The notes beneath the pieces are model-generated. The model did no database searches, had not been told where the DNA came from, and saw nothing but the letters and a program-made list of their open reading frames with translations. Positions 24,801 to 37,213 of a DNA stretch of 64,000 nucleotides are shown here, piece by piece (position 1 is the first letter of the stretch; every line of letters begins with the position of its first letter). Source of the DNA: Azolla caroliniana (lineage: Eukaryota > Plantae > Polypodiophyta). A program made the position numbers and the translations under genes. The stretch is from positions 8,060,001-8,124,000 of the forward strand of contig JBHGNT010000002.1 in assembly GCA_043228905.1 (NCBI GenBank). Direction: 5' to 3'.

Positions 24801-26958
24801 TGCTCGAACCGCCTTCAGCTTCTGGCCGGTTTCTCTTTCCACTCTCGCGTGGAGCTCTTTGAAGACGGATAACACCTCATCCTTCGTCTTCAACGGTGTG
24901 GCCCACAGCTTCCGGCTGTGATCATCTATGAACGTCACGAAGTACTGCGATCCGGCATGTGACTTCGTGTCCACTTGACATACATCAGTATGCACCAACT
25001 CCAGTGGTGCATTACGTCTCATCGGTGGCCTCGATCAGAAGGAGGTTCGGTTTTGTTTACCGGTCAGACAATCAGTGCACTTCTCCAAGTGCACGTTCTT
25101 CACTGGAATAAGGTTGTCGTCTGCAAGCCTGTTCATCCCCTTCTCGCTCATGTGACACAACCTCTTGTGCCACAGCTCACCGGCAGTGTTGGATGCTACG
25201 TTCACTTCTTCCGGGCATAACTGGGCATTCATCAGGTACAACGTGTTTACCTTCCGGGCCCGAGCCACAATCAGGCTCCCTTTGTTGAACTTCATAACAC
25301 CGTTCCGGATGCTACTAGTGTAGCCTTCATCATCTAGTTGACCGGCTGATATGAGGTTTAGACGAACCTCCGGAACGTGTCGGACATCCTTCAGCAGCAT
25401 CTTGCATCCGGTTGGTGTTGTCAACCACACGTCTCCTATGCCGACAATTCGGCATGTACCTTCATTCCCCATCCGGACACAACCGTGACTATCAACTCTT
25501 CTTCACTTGCCGCGATTGTCGTCGTTCCCTTCCGGTCCGGCCCCCTCCGGTCTTTACCGTTCCGCTTCGATGTCCGCTTCGAATCGGAACCGTCGGTTTC
25601 CTTGTCTTTTCGGAAATGCCGACAGTTTTTCTGGAAGTGTCCCGGCTTGTAGAAGCAAGTAGGCCTCCGCCTTGAGTTTGACCGTGTCCCCGACTTCTCC
25701 CGGTTCTGGGGACTACGGTTCATTTGTCTTCCGCGTTCCGATTCGGTAAGGATCGCTTTGGAGTCGGAGCTCGTATCCTTATCTTTCTGACGCGCCTCCT
25801 CATCTAGCAAGCTCGACTTCACTCTTGCTAGGGATAACCGTTTCCCTTCCGGCCCGGCATTGCCCAAAGTGACAACCAACGTCTCCCAGCTATCCGGGAG
25901 GGAACCGAGCAGGAGTAGCGCTAGTACCTCATCGGCGAGAGGTACTTCCAATGATGTTGCCTGGTGTATCAGCCCCTGGAAGGCATTCATGTGCTCCGCC
26001 ATGATGGAGCCATCTTGGTACCGGAGTCTTACTAGCTTCCGGAATACTGAAACCTAGTTAACAACATTTTTGTTCTGAAACATAATGTTGATCTTCTCCC
26101 AGAGCTCATGAGCCTTGCTCTCTTCATTGAAGTTGTTGTATAGACTCATGTCGATGAAGCATCCTATGTATGCCGTTGTCTTTATGTGCATCACCTCCCA
26201 TATCGTGGCGTCGATTTTGTCCGGTCTCTTGTGCCCGAACTGAACCGGCAGCCAAAGATCTTTAACCACAAGCATGTCCCTCATCTTCGAATTCCACACG
26301 GAATAGTTGGAGCTGGTGAGCTTGAACATGCCTCCTAACGATTCGTCCATTTTCTCTGTCGTTTCGCTCTGATACCACTTTGATAGGAACACACGCTCCC
26401 GATGAACAACGCTCGGCCACAACCGAGCCTAGGATAAAACACAGAAAAACAGATAATGAACGCATGACGTAGTGAAGAGAAGAGTACACAAGATGTTAAC
26501 GTGTAAAACCCAAACTAGGGAAAAACCATGGCAGCCCACAAACTGCAAACTATCACTATATTAGAATGTACAATAGTAGAGCACCGAGGCAACGACCTCG
26601 AGCTTGCTATCTTCGCCACAGGCGGCGGTTACAACAGAGGCAACGACCTCTTCTTCTCTCTCTTTCTCTCTCTGTACACTGTTACGCGCTCTAATCTGGC
26701 ACCAACAAGAATGACCACAACAACATCACTAAGTTTGCCCTAAGTCATATTTATACTAATATGACTTTTCGGCTATTTACAAATATAGCCCCGATGGACT
26801 CTCAAAAACATATTCCGGTGAGCACTCCTCACCGGGCCTGCATCATCTGGCACTTGCCGGGCACTCATCATCCGGTTCTCACCGGGTCGTCCGTTTCTGG
26901 GTACTCCTCATCCGGTTCTCACCGGGTCATCCCATCCGGAGGGACCTGTTTCCTAACA
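21827..26958 (-). mobile_element. Full-length Ty1/Copia element (Tnt1-like organisation), coding region disrupted
   Basis: LTRs at 21827-22421 and 26381-26958. TSD CCTCG at 21822-21826 and 26959-26963. PBS TGGTATCAGAGC at 26377-26366 and PPT at 22422-22433. Confidence 0.97.
22432..26350 (-). pseudogene. pol: Copia gag-pol (gag, PR remnant, GAG-pre-integrase, integrase, RT, RNase H) with stops and frameshifts
   Basis: LWHKRLCH, LELVHTDV, FIDDHSR, YKARIVVKG, LLYVDDML, LYCDSQSAI, RTKHI; split into at least six ORFs. Confidence 0.93.
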
Positions 26959-29703
26959 CCTCGTTCGATCGTCCCATTTGATTCTAGATTGTATGCCGTG
27001 GTTAATGTCAACTGAACTCCATGTTTAGCGAAGAATTCCCTCGCTTTATCGGAATCAAGTTCTCCCCGATCTGCAATTACTAGTCCTACGCACCCATACC
27101 TGGAGAACACTTCTTCCAAGAGAAATTGGCATTTTGTAGAACATGTTTCTCTTCGTAACCCCTGACCCTCTACTTGGTTTGTCAGATTCCCCCGAGCTAA
27201 CACCAAGTACTTCTTTTGTCCGATCCCTGTTGGCATGGCCACGATGTCGACCATCCATTTGAAATTGATTGTCAATGAGAATGTCAAATGTAATTCATCT
27301 CGGTGTCGAACTCAAGAGTAGATTTGGCATTTCTCACAGCTTCCTGTAAACTCCGCTACATCTTTGTACATATTCTTCCACCAATATTTTTTTTTGATAT
27401 TCTTAAATGTTGCCCGTGTTCCCCGAGGTCGAGCCCAATTGGATTTGTAAAATTCAGATATTATTTGTTTATGTTATTCCTTTCTACCGATTACCCGTAG
27501 TGGTATGCCATCCGGTCTTTTCAGCTCTCCCCAAATTAATCCATTGTCTCAGAAGAACTTGCTGACTTGCCATTTCTTCCATCGAATCTCGGCTCTATTG
27601 TCTTTATGGTCTGATGATTCCTTGATTTCTTGTAGCACCTTCCCGATCAGTAAGCTTTCTCCTTTGTATTCGTCTTCCTGGAACTCCTGAGTTATGTTCA
27701 CCCGAGATATATGCCTCGAGGTAAAGTAATTTTCGGAAACTTCTTCATTATCCGTTTCAGCTACTTAGTCTCCAAACCGTGCTCTTGATAACATATCTGC
27801 TACCGTGTTTTCTTTTCCAGAGATGTGTCGGATATCTGGATTAAGTGACTTTACATATGCAATACATCTTAGCATAGCCACGTCCGGTACCGTGCAACAT
27901 CGCATCATCTCTACTATCGGAAGACAATCCATTTCGATCACTACTTCGGCTCCAATCAAATCATCCTGATCCGATTTTATCGCCGACACAACTCCCCATA
28001 ATTCTCTTTTAACTTGTGCATATATGCATTGCCTTTTGTTTAGAATCTTTGCTCCGAATCGGATCGGATATTGCGAACCATCCGAGTCGACTTGGTTGAT
28101 GACCCATCCGATCCGAATTGGACTTGTATCAACCGTTACTATGATCGGCCGGTCATAGTTTGGCTTCTTAAGTGTTTCAGCCCTCCGTAGTAATTTCTTG
28201 AGCTTCTTCATGGCATTGGTATGTTCCAGCCTCCATTTGAACTTCTTACCCTTCTGCAACAAGTGATAGAGTGGGTCTGCAATATGTGCATAATGTACAA
28301 TCCATATGTGGTAAAATGAACATGCACCAAGAAATCTACGGACTTCGGATTGTAACTCGCATATCTCTTTCATAGCTTGAATCACATCAATCTTGATTGG
28401 CGACGGTCTTCGGCTGTAGGGCCCACATAGATGTCCGACTACCAATATCTCTTCTTGTCCGAATACCGATTTCTCTCCAGAGAGTGTTAGGTGCACATCA
28501 TCTAACTTCCGTAGCACTTTCTCGCAATCGCGAATATGGTCAACTACGAACTTTCGGCATCCTCGATCATCCATAGTCTCATCCTTTTCTTCCACCGCAC
28601 ATCCTTTCATCGAAATGTCGCCTAGGAACGACATTGTTATCTCCGGAATGCAGTCTCAGAGAACCTTGTTCATTGCATTCATCATATGTGCGACCGAGTT
28701 TGTTGCTCCTTGTGGTAGCGTGCACATCCGAACTAATTCTGGCTAGTTGGAATTGGTCATACCCAGAGTATAGGCCTCCAATGGAGTATATCGCGTGTCC
28801 GGAAAATGCTTCTGGAAATTCATCCACTATCGGACCAACTCCAGAGTTTCGGATCGTGACTTTATTCACCAGTTCTAAATCTTGAATGAACCGGAGTGAC
28901 CCATTCTTTTTCGGAACCGTTGTCGTAGTGTATTCCACACACTACGTGAAACCATAAAATAATATATCCGATTTTAGATACATATAAATAAATAAATAAT
29001 ATATCAAAAGAATTTATCACGTGCATAAGGCAGGATTTGAACCATGCACTTCCACGTAGATAAACCCCAACTTTACCATTGTAATAACTTATCTTTAGTG
29101 TTATAAATATAGATTTAATACATATAAGACCTTTATTTACACATACCTTTATTAAAAGGTAAAAATCATGTATTCTTTAGAGTGTGAATATTTTATTTAC
29201 ACGTGACATTAAAAGTGACTCATGCACATCTAGCGTGCATGAGCCCTATATTTAGGAAATGACAAAGCATCACATGCACATTTAGTGTGCATGGACACTT
29301 TAGGTGAAAAAGCATGAAGCCATGCTTAGCCTCTTCCATCTTTATATAAGGAGGAGAGAAATATGTATAAGGTTGTTGATTAATATAGAAGAATTGATCA
29401 ATCTAATATATTCGTGGGATTCACGAATTTTGCCATCTAAATTACTCTTATAATCTAAATATTGTTTTAAAATACACTAAACTCGTGGGATTCACGAGAT
29501 TGCTATCTTACTTCTCTTCCTATTATTCATATCTAGCCTTAAGTTGTATTCCTCTTCCTCCTAGTCCAAAACCTCGGCGGTTCCCACCCGACTCACGCAA
29601 CGATCCAGAGCCGAAAGGCACGACACCGTAAACCATGGATTTGAGTACGGAGCGTTTGATGGCTCTAGAATCCCCATCGCCACCTTTTCTGTGAGTAGTT
29701 CAA

Positions 29704-31115
29704 AGAGGGTTTCGGAACCGATTCCGAAACCGAGAACCGGATTGGAAGACCATCAACCAAGGGCTCGGGAGACTACAACCAAGAAGGGGATTGATGCATC
29801 TACGGTGGAGCAACTATTGAAGGAGATGGAGAATTTGAAGATCGCGATGGTGAAGAAGTCGGATGACCGCCCCAGAAGCTCCAAGTATACGGACCGACGG
29901 TGCATATGGTGCGATAGCGCCAAACACGATCGGAGGGATTGCGACGAGCATAAGGAGGCGCTACGGCGGGATCTCATCTACCACGAGGGAAACCGGATTC
30001 AATCGATGGACTCTCGGAAGCCACTCCGACCGAACTTCCGGAAAGGCGGCATGAAGAAGGTGCTCGAGGAGAAATTGGCGGCAAGAAGCAACTATGCGAC
30101 AACCGCGGGAATATGTGTCGGGGAATCATCGAGAGCAAAGACGTCTTTTTGGCCGGAAGTTCTAGAAAACACCGAGAAATCCGACTCCAACGAGATCCGA
30201 AGCACCGCAGAAGGCGTCCGGGAAGCTACAGGATGGGAGTGCCCTGTCGACAAGAATAGCGTATATGCCCTGTGTCAATTGCATAAGGTGTATGTGGACA
30301 AGAAACGACGACGCACGGAGGATGCGGCCAGGCCATCGAAGATACCGGAAAGCTGGAACTCCGGAGGTAAGGGAAAAGAAAAGGCGACTCCGGCATTCAA
30401 GCTCGCCTCGGACATAGAACAACAAACCGACTTGAAAAGAGTGTTCGAGGAAAGAATCTTGCATAGCCGAGTAGATTTCTCACTTCGGGAGCTACTCGGA
30501 ATAGCAAAGAAGGAGTTCCACGATCTTCTCGTGGATCTCGTGAAGCGAAAAAGACAAAGTACGGAGGAAAATGCTCCAAGGGTGAATGCGAACACCGTTT
30601 TAATGATCGACACCGAAGTGGAGGACGAAATTCCGAACTCCCACTATACAAGGCCACATTGGGCACGCGCGACTACGGAGACTCCGGTCCGAATCGGCAA
30701 CATCAAAGAACCCGTGCTAGCATTGATTGATCACGGATCGGAGATCAACTTGATGTCCAAGGAGTTCTACCGGAAGGGGAAGTGGCCTATTAACACCAAC
30801 CATGGATGGAAGATTCGGGCGGCCACCAAAGCAACGGAAGATCTATTTGCGGCTTGTCCGGATGTGACGGTGAAGATCGGGGATGTCGAGATCGACCAAA
30901 ATTTCTTCGTGCAAGATGAGGTTTCACATTCCGTCATCCTCGGCCAACCCTTTATCATGCCTTCACGGATGGAGACGAAGGTGCTCGATAGCGGTGCGGC
31001 TTTTGCGCGAATTCGGAGCCAAAACGGTGGGAAATCCGTCCAATTCCTAACGGTGCCGGCAAATCACGAAAGGAACAAGAGGGAACTCTTGTCCCAAGTG
31101 AGAATGGATTTTTAA
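29704..31115 (+). CDS. gag: 5'-truncated Gag-protease ORF
   Basis: Zinc knuckle CIWCDSAKHDRRDC, aspartic protease-like LIDHGSEINLM and VILGQPF. The track's GTG start lies in captured flank DNA. Confidence 0.85.
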
Positions 31116-31169
31116 AGTGGACTGTTGCAGAGTGGGGAAGTGATAGTCCGAGAAGCCCTGATACCCCAC
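31106..31169 (+). promoter_or_regulatory. -1 frameshift signal (G GAT TTT plus H-type pseudoknot)
   Basis: Stem 1 pairs 31119-31128 with 31140-31149. Loop GTGGGG pairs with CCCCAC at 31164-31169. The spacer is 6 nt. Confidence 0.85.
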
Positions 31170-34100
31170 ACAGGAAGAAAACTCTCGGAGCAAAACATGT
31201 ACGAATCGGTCCGGATGGGGCATCTACTTACACGACCGTAACTGGAGGATTGAAGAAAGGATACCGACAAGTGGAGGATAAGTTGCGGTCGGCATCAATA
31301 ATAAAAGAAGATGAAGAAATCGTGGGGATAGTCGAAGAAGTGTTCTATGGGAGCACGCTACAACAACTTGAAGAGCTTGCGGAAGATAAAAGCCAAGGGA
31401 ACCAGGTAGTCCCGGTGGAATCGGTCGAGATGTACGAGATCATTGCGAAAATGGAGCCGGATACGCTCCGCAAAGAAGAAGCAATGGTAAGTATGAAATA
31501 CAAGACCGTGAAGAAGAATGTGAAACCGACCGCGGGACCACTACCCGCCGATAGCGAACAAAAGAGGAAAGAAGTCTCGGGAGATCCGACACTTCGGAAG
31601 TCCGTGGATATCGGACATGCCTTCATGGATGAGACCCGGAAGAAACTTCGGATCGGTGGAGGTGGGTTCCTATTACAAAAAGAAGAAGAACGGTTTCGCG
31701 AGATGTTGGAGCAACACGGCAAAGCGTTTGCATTTACATCAAGGGAGATAGGGTGCGTCGATCCGAGAATAGTGGAGCCGATGGTGATCTTCACGATTGA
31801 CCATGTACCGTGGAACCTGAAGCCGATTCCGGTGCCACGAGCGCATATTCCGAAAGTCATTGACTTGCTCAAGGAGAAGGTGGTGATGGGGATTCTAGAG
31901 CCATCAACTGCTCCGTACTCAAATCGATGGTTTACGGTTCCGAAGAAGAATGGGTCACTTCGATTTATCCAAGACTTGCAACCGGTGAATAAGGTCATGA
32001 TCCGGAACTCGGGAGTCGGTCCGATAGTGGACGAATTTGCGGAAGCTTTTGCCGGTCGTGCGATATACTCCATCGGAGACCTATACTCGGGGTATGACCA
32101 ATTCCAACTAGCCGTGGAGAGCCGAGACATCACAACCATGCGAACACCGATAGGATTAGTCCGAATGTGCACACTACCACAAGGAGCGACAAACTCGGTT
32201 GCTCATATGATGAACGCGATGAACAAGGTGCTTCGAGACTGCATTCCGGAGATAACGATGCCGTTCCTCGATGACAGTCCGATGAAAGGATGCGCGGTAG
32301 AAGAAAAAGATGAGACTATGGATGATCGGGGATGCAGAAAGTTCGTGGTCGACCATATTCATGATTGCGAGAAAGTGTTGCGAAAGCTAGAAGATGTGCA
32401 CCTAACACTTTCCAAGGAGAAATCGGCATTCGGGCAAGAAGAAATATTGGTGGTCAGACATCTATGTGGGCCCTACGGCCGAAGACCGTCACCAACAAAG
32501 ATCGATGCGATTCAAGCTATGGAGGAAGTATGCGAGTCAACATCCGAAGTCCGAAGGTTTCTCGGTGCATGTGCATTCTATCACATATGGATTCCGCACT
32601 ATGCACATATAGCGGACCCGCTCTACCACTTGTTGCGGAAAGGTAAGAAATTCGAATGGAAACCGGAACACACCAAAGCCATGAAGAAATTGAAGAAGAC
32701 ACTTTGGAGGGCGGAAGCACTTAAGAAGCCGAGCTACGACCGACCGATCATAGTAACGGTTGATACAAGTCCAACCGGTATCGGGTGGGTCATAAATCAA
32801 GCCGACTCGGATGGTTCGCTGTATCCGATCCGATTCGGAGCAAAGGTTCTCAACGAAAGGCAACGTGGATATGCACAAGTCAAAAGAGAACTGTGGGGAG
32901 TCGTGTCGGCAATAAAATCGGATCGGGATTATTTGATCGGAGCCGAAGTGGTGATCGAGACGGATTGTCTTCCGATACTCGGGATGATGCGGTGTTGTAT
33001 GATACCAGATGTAGCTATGCTAAGGTGGGTTGCATATGTCAAGTCGCTTAATCCGGAGGTTCGACACATCTCTGGGAAGGAAAACGCGGTAGCGGATATG
33101 TTATCAAGGGCTCGGTTCGGAGACGACATAACCGAATCGGATAATGAAGAAGTTTCCAAAGACTACTTCGCGTCGGAGCACATATGCCGAGTGAACGTAA
33201 TCCGAGAATTCCGGGAAGAAGAATACGAGGGAGAAAGTTTGATGATCGGAAAGATGTTACAAGAGGCCGAGGACTCGACAAACGATAAAGGAAGAAGAGA
33301 CGAGATCCGAAGGAAGAAGAGGCAAGTCCAAAAGTTCTTCTTGGAAAACGGATTAATATGGAGGGCGCCGAAAAGACCGGATGGTATTCCAGTTCGAGTA
33401 GTCGGGACAAAAGAGCAACGAAACCGGATAATGTCTGAGTTTCACGAATCCGATTGGGCTGGACACCGAGGAACATGGGCAACATTTGTGAAGATCAAGC
33501 AAAAATATTGGTGGAAGAAAATGTACAAAGATGTCGCGGAGTTCACGGAAAGCTGCGAGAAACGTCAAGTCTACTCCGGGGTTCGACATCGAGATGAGTT
33601 ACATCCGACATTCTCACCGACAATCAACTTCAAGTGGATGGTTGACAAAGTGGCCATGCTGACCGGGATCGGACAAAAGAAATACTTGGTATTAGCTCGG
33701 AAAGATCTCACGAATCAAGTAGAAGGTCGAGCGCTTCAGAGGAAAACGTGTTCCGCGGTATGCCAATTTCTTTTGGAGGAAGTATTTTGCAGGTACGGGT
33801 GCGTAGGACAAGTGATTGCGGACCGGGGAGAACTCGACTCGGACAAAGCTAGGGGATTCTTCGCCAAACACGGAGTTCAGTTATCACTAACAACGGCATA
33901 CAATCCGGAGGCCAACGGGAAAATCGAACGAGGACATAGTCCGATCGTGAAAGCACTTGCGAAGGCATGCGATGGAAAGGTGAAGGACTGGCCGCAGATG
34001 CTTCCGTATGCACTATGGGCGGATCGGACGACGCATAGCTCCATAACCGGTTACATGCCGGCAGAACTCATGACCGGACAAGCACCGGTAATGCCGACAG

Positions 34101-34600
34101 AAACCGCGATCGCAACATGGATAGTGCTACCGTGGAAGGAAGAGATGAGCCGGGAAGAACTACTAGCGATCCGGATACGACAACTAGAGGGAAGACTGGC
34201 AGACATAGCCGAAGCAATACGCCGACAACAAGAAGCACGATTAAGGAACAAAAGCCGGTTCGACACAAAGCACCGACTACGACCGAGGAGGATTGAAGAA
34301 GGAGACTGGGTGATCGTCTATGACAGTAGTTTGGACCATCAACATACAACGATGCGAAATTTCGCGAAAAGGTGGTTCGGGCCATACGAGGTTCGGAAAG
34401 TCTTCGACAACGGAACGTACCGACTGTCCGAGTTGGATGGAACAATACTACGAGTGCCTATAGCCGAAAAGCGGGTGAAGATTTTCAAGAAGCGGACCGA
34501 CGACAAACCCTATGTGATCCAAGCCAAGGCGACAACGAGGAGCAATCAGACGAAGACCACGGTGATGCGGGAAGCGAAGAAAGTGAATTACAACTCATAG
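31106..34600 (+). CDS. pol: Pol (RT-RNaseH-integrase, no chromodomain), reached by -1 frameshift; C-terminus probably frameshifted
   Basis: LPQGATNS, FLDD, VDTSPTGIG, HESDWAGH..CEKR (Cys lost), MVD/ADRG/KIER and GPY. The frame is open from 31106. Confidence 0.9.
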   Translation, partial: GFLKWTVAEWGSDSPRSPDTPHRKKTLGAKHVRIGPDGASTYTTVTGGLKKGYRQVEDKLRSASIIKEDEEIVGIVEEVFYGSTLQQLEELAEDKSQGNQVVPVESVEMYEIIAKMEPDTLRKEEAMVSMKYKTVKKNVKPTAGPLPADSEQKRKEVSGDPTLRKSVDIGHAFMDETRKKLRIGGGGFLLQKEEERFREMLEQHGKAFAFTSREIGCVDPRIVEPMVIFTIDHVPWNLKPIPVPRAHIPKVIDLLKEKVVMGILEPSTAPYSNRWFTVPKKNGSLRFIQDLQPVNKVMIRNSGVGPIVDEFAEAFAGRAIYSIGDLYSGYDQFQLAVESRDITTMRTPIGLVRMCTLPQGATNSVAHMMNAMNKVLRDCIPEITMPFLDDSPMKGCAVEEKDETMDDRGCRKFVVDHIHDCEKVLRKLEDVHLTLSKEKSAFGQEEILVVRHLCGPYGRRPSPTKIDAIQAMEEVCESTSEVRRFLGACAFYHIWIPHYAHIADPLYHLLRKGKKFEWKPEHTKAMKKLKKTLWRAEALKKPSYDRPIIVTVDTSPTGIGWVINQADSDGSLYPIRFGAKVLNERQRGYAQVKRELWGVVSAIKSDRDYLIGAEVVIETDCLPILGMMRCCMIPDVAMLRWVAYVKSLNPEVRHISGKENAVADMLSRARFGDDITESDNEEVSKDYFASEHICRVNVIREFREEEYEGESLMIGKMLQEAEDSTNDKGRRDEIRRKKRQVQKFFLENGLIWRAPKRPDGIPVRVVGTKEQRNRIMSEFHESDWAGHRGTWATFVKIKQKYWWKKMYKDVAEFTESCEKRQVYSGVRHRDELHPTFSPTINFKWMVDKVAMLTGIGQKKYLVLARKDLTNQVEGRALQRKTCSAVCQFLLEEVFCRYGCVGQVIADRGELDSDKARGFFAKHGVQLSLTTAYNPEANGKIERGHSPIVKALAKACDGKVKDWPQMLPYALWADRTTHSSITGYMPAELMTGQAPVMPTETAIATWIVLPWKEEMSREELLAIRIRQLEGRLADIAEAIRRQQEARLRNKSRFDTKHRLRPRRIEEGDWVIVYDSSLDHQHTTMRNFAKRWFGPYEVRKVFDNGTYRLSELDGTILRVPIAEKRVKIFKKRTDDKPYVIQAKATTRSNQTKTTVMREAKKVNYNS

Positions 34601-36654
34601 TCGACATAAGGGGAGAATCGGAGGAAGCTTTGGGTGAAGACGGATATGGGGAATCGAGAACTTCGGCACATACCAGAGGATGTGCGGGTTCGGAGGGGGC
34701 GAGTGTCGTAGTGTATTCCACACACTACGTGAAACCATAAAATAATATATCCGATTTTAGATACATATAAATAAATAAATAATATATCAAAAGAATTTAT
34801 CACGTGCATAAGGCAGGATTTGAACCATGCACCTCCACGTAGATAAACCCCAACTTTACCATTGTAATAACTTATCTTTAGTGTTATAAATATAGATTTA
34901 ATACATATAAGACCTTTATTTACACATACCTTTATTAAAAGGTAAAAATCATGTATTCTTTAGAGTGTGAATATTTTATTTACACGTGACATTAAAAGTG
35001 ACTCATGCACATCTAGCGTGCATGAGCCCTATATTTAGGAAATGACAAAGCATCACATGCACATTTAGTGTGCATGGACACTTTAGGTGAAAAAGCATGA
35101 AGCCATGCTTAGCCTCTTCCATCTTTATATAAGGAGGAGAGAAATATGTATAAGGTTGTTGATTAATATAGAAGAATTGATCAATCTAATATATTCGTGG
35201 GATTCACGAATTTTGCCATCTAAATTACTCTTATAATCTAAATATTGTTTTAAAATACACTAAACTCGTGGGATTCACGAGATTGCTATCTTACTTCTCT
35301 TCCTATTATTCATATCTAGCCTTAAGTTGTATTCCTCTTCCTCCTAGTCCAAAACCTCGGCGGTTCCCACCCGACTCACGCAACGATCCAGAGCCGAAAG
35401 GCACGACACCGTAAACCATGGATTTGAGTACGGAGCGTTTGATGGCTCTAGAATCCCCATCGCCACCTTTTCTGTGAGTAGTTCAATGATTTTCAGAATA
35501 TGTGCCCGTGGCACTGGAATTGGCTTCAAGTTCCACGGCACATGACCAATCGTGAAGATCACCATCAGCTCCACTATCTTTGGATCAACACACCCTATCT
35601 CTTTTGGTGTGAATGCAAATGCTTTTCCTATTGCTCCAACATCTCACGAAATCGTTCTTCTTCATTCTTTAAGAGGAACCCGCCTCCACCAATCTGGAGT
35701 TTCTTTCGGGTCTCATTGGTAAATGTATGTCCAATATCCATGGACTTCCGAAGTGCCGGATCTTTCGAGACTTCTTTCATCTTTTGTTCACTATTGCCGG
35801 TTAACGGTCCCACATATGGTTTCACCTTCTTTTCCATGGTCTTATATTTTGTACATACCATTGCTTCTTTTTTGCGGAGCACATCCGGATCCATTTCGCA
35901 ATGATCTTGTACATCTCGACCGATTCCACCAGAAATACTCAGTCTTCATGGTGATTCTCTTCTTCAAGGTCTTCAAGCCTTTACAGTGTGCTTCCGTAGA
36001 ACAATTCTTCAATTACTCCAATGATTTCTTCATCTTCTTTTATGATTGATGCAAACCGTAACTCATCTTGCACCTTTCAGAATGCTTTCTTCATTACTCT
36101 GGTTACGGCCATGTATGTAGATGCCCCATCTGGACTAATTCATACTTGTTTTGCTCCGAGAGTTTTGTTCCTGTGTGGGGTATCAGGGATTCTCGGACTA
36201 TCACTTCCCCACTCCACAACAATCCGCTTTAAAAATCCATTTTTGTTTGGGACAAGAGCTCTTTGTTGTTCCTTTTGGTGATTTGATGGCACAATTAGGA
36301 ATTGGACGGTTTTCCCTCCACTTTGGCTCTGAATTTGTGCAAAAGTTGGACCGCTATGGAGCACCTTTGTCTCCATCCGTAAAGCCGTGATAAAGGGTTT
36401 CCCAAGGATCACAGAATGTGAGACCTCATCTTGCACAAAGAAATTTTGGTCAATCTCCACATCTTGGTCAATCTTCACCATCACATCCGGACAAGCCACA
36501 AATAGATCGTCCGTGGCTTTTGTGGTTGCCCGGATCGTCCATCCATGGATGGTGTTTATAGGCCACTTCCCCTTCTAGTAGAACTTGTTGGAGATCAAAG
36601 TGATCTCTGAACCCGTCATCAATCAATGCTAGTACAGGCTCTTTGATGTTTCTG

Positions 36655-37010
36655 AGAGTTGGATCGGAGTGAATCCGACTCTAGAAAGAACAAAGACAGA
36701 CCTTCGGAAACGAAGTTCGAGTAAGCCAAGAGGGCCCTAAAATTGGCAAACGAGAAGTTACGCCGATCAACCCGATGAAAGATTCCCATGAAGCGGTATG
36801 GTTATAACGAGGATATGGCGCATCATTATGCATACATGATGAAAGTGACGAAAGTGCGTGAGCTAGAGAGCTACGCCGAAGCGGCAAAAGATGCAAATTG
36901 GCGTGTCGCAATGGAGGAAGAGATGTGAGTGCTAACGGAGAATGAGACTTGGGACCTGATTGACATCCCTAAGGACGTGGAGCCGATCGGATGTAGGTGG
37001 GTGTACAAGA
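36655..37010 (+). pseudogene. Copia INT-RT linker and RT N-terminus
   Basis: ESYAEAAKDANWRVAMEEEM*..ENETWDLID..PIGCRWVYK. Confidence 0.85.
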
Positions 37011-37011
37011 T

Positions 37012-37213
37012 TGTTGGGAATTTTGTTGGGAATTTGTTCCCTTTGGATGGGATCCCGAGGAGTCGGATCAAGGAACCAGATCTGGATGGGATCCGGATGA
37101 GAACCGGAGGACTCGGATCAGACGAGCCAAATGAAGGAACCGGATCCGGAAGGGTTCCGGATGAGACTCGGAAACCGGATCGAGTGAATCCGGATGGATC
37201 CGGTGCAAACCGG
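37012..37213 (+). repeat. 5' part of a Copia LTR (CCGG-rich U3 family)
   Basis: TGTTGGGAA..TCCCTTTGGATGGGAT resembles the start of the LTRs at 12568 and 22421 (minus strand). Confidence 0.6.

Larger units (their letters stand above)
28921..35408 (+). mobile_element. Non-chromovirus Gypsy element with 705-bp LTRs (28921-29625, 34704-35408); PBS and 5' gag replaced
   Basis: TG...CA LTRs with one difference seen by eye. 4-bp TSD CCGT at 28917-28920 and 35409-35412. PPT GGAGGGGGCGAG precedes 34704. Confidence 0.95.
21526..36650 (-). pseudogene. Decayed non-chromovirus Gypsy element (pieces 21526-21826, 26959-28920, 35409-36650) hosting two later insertions
   Basis: The LTR 3' end at 21526 is the reverse complement of the LTR end at 29560-29625. 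INT, RH, RT and PR fragments continue across both insertions. Confidence 0.85.

Noticed and set aside
31345-32172. 275-aa antisense ORF and similar shadow ORFs
   Set aside because: They lie opposite pol or gag, have no motifs, and are explained by codon bias.
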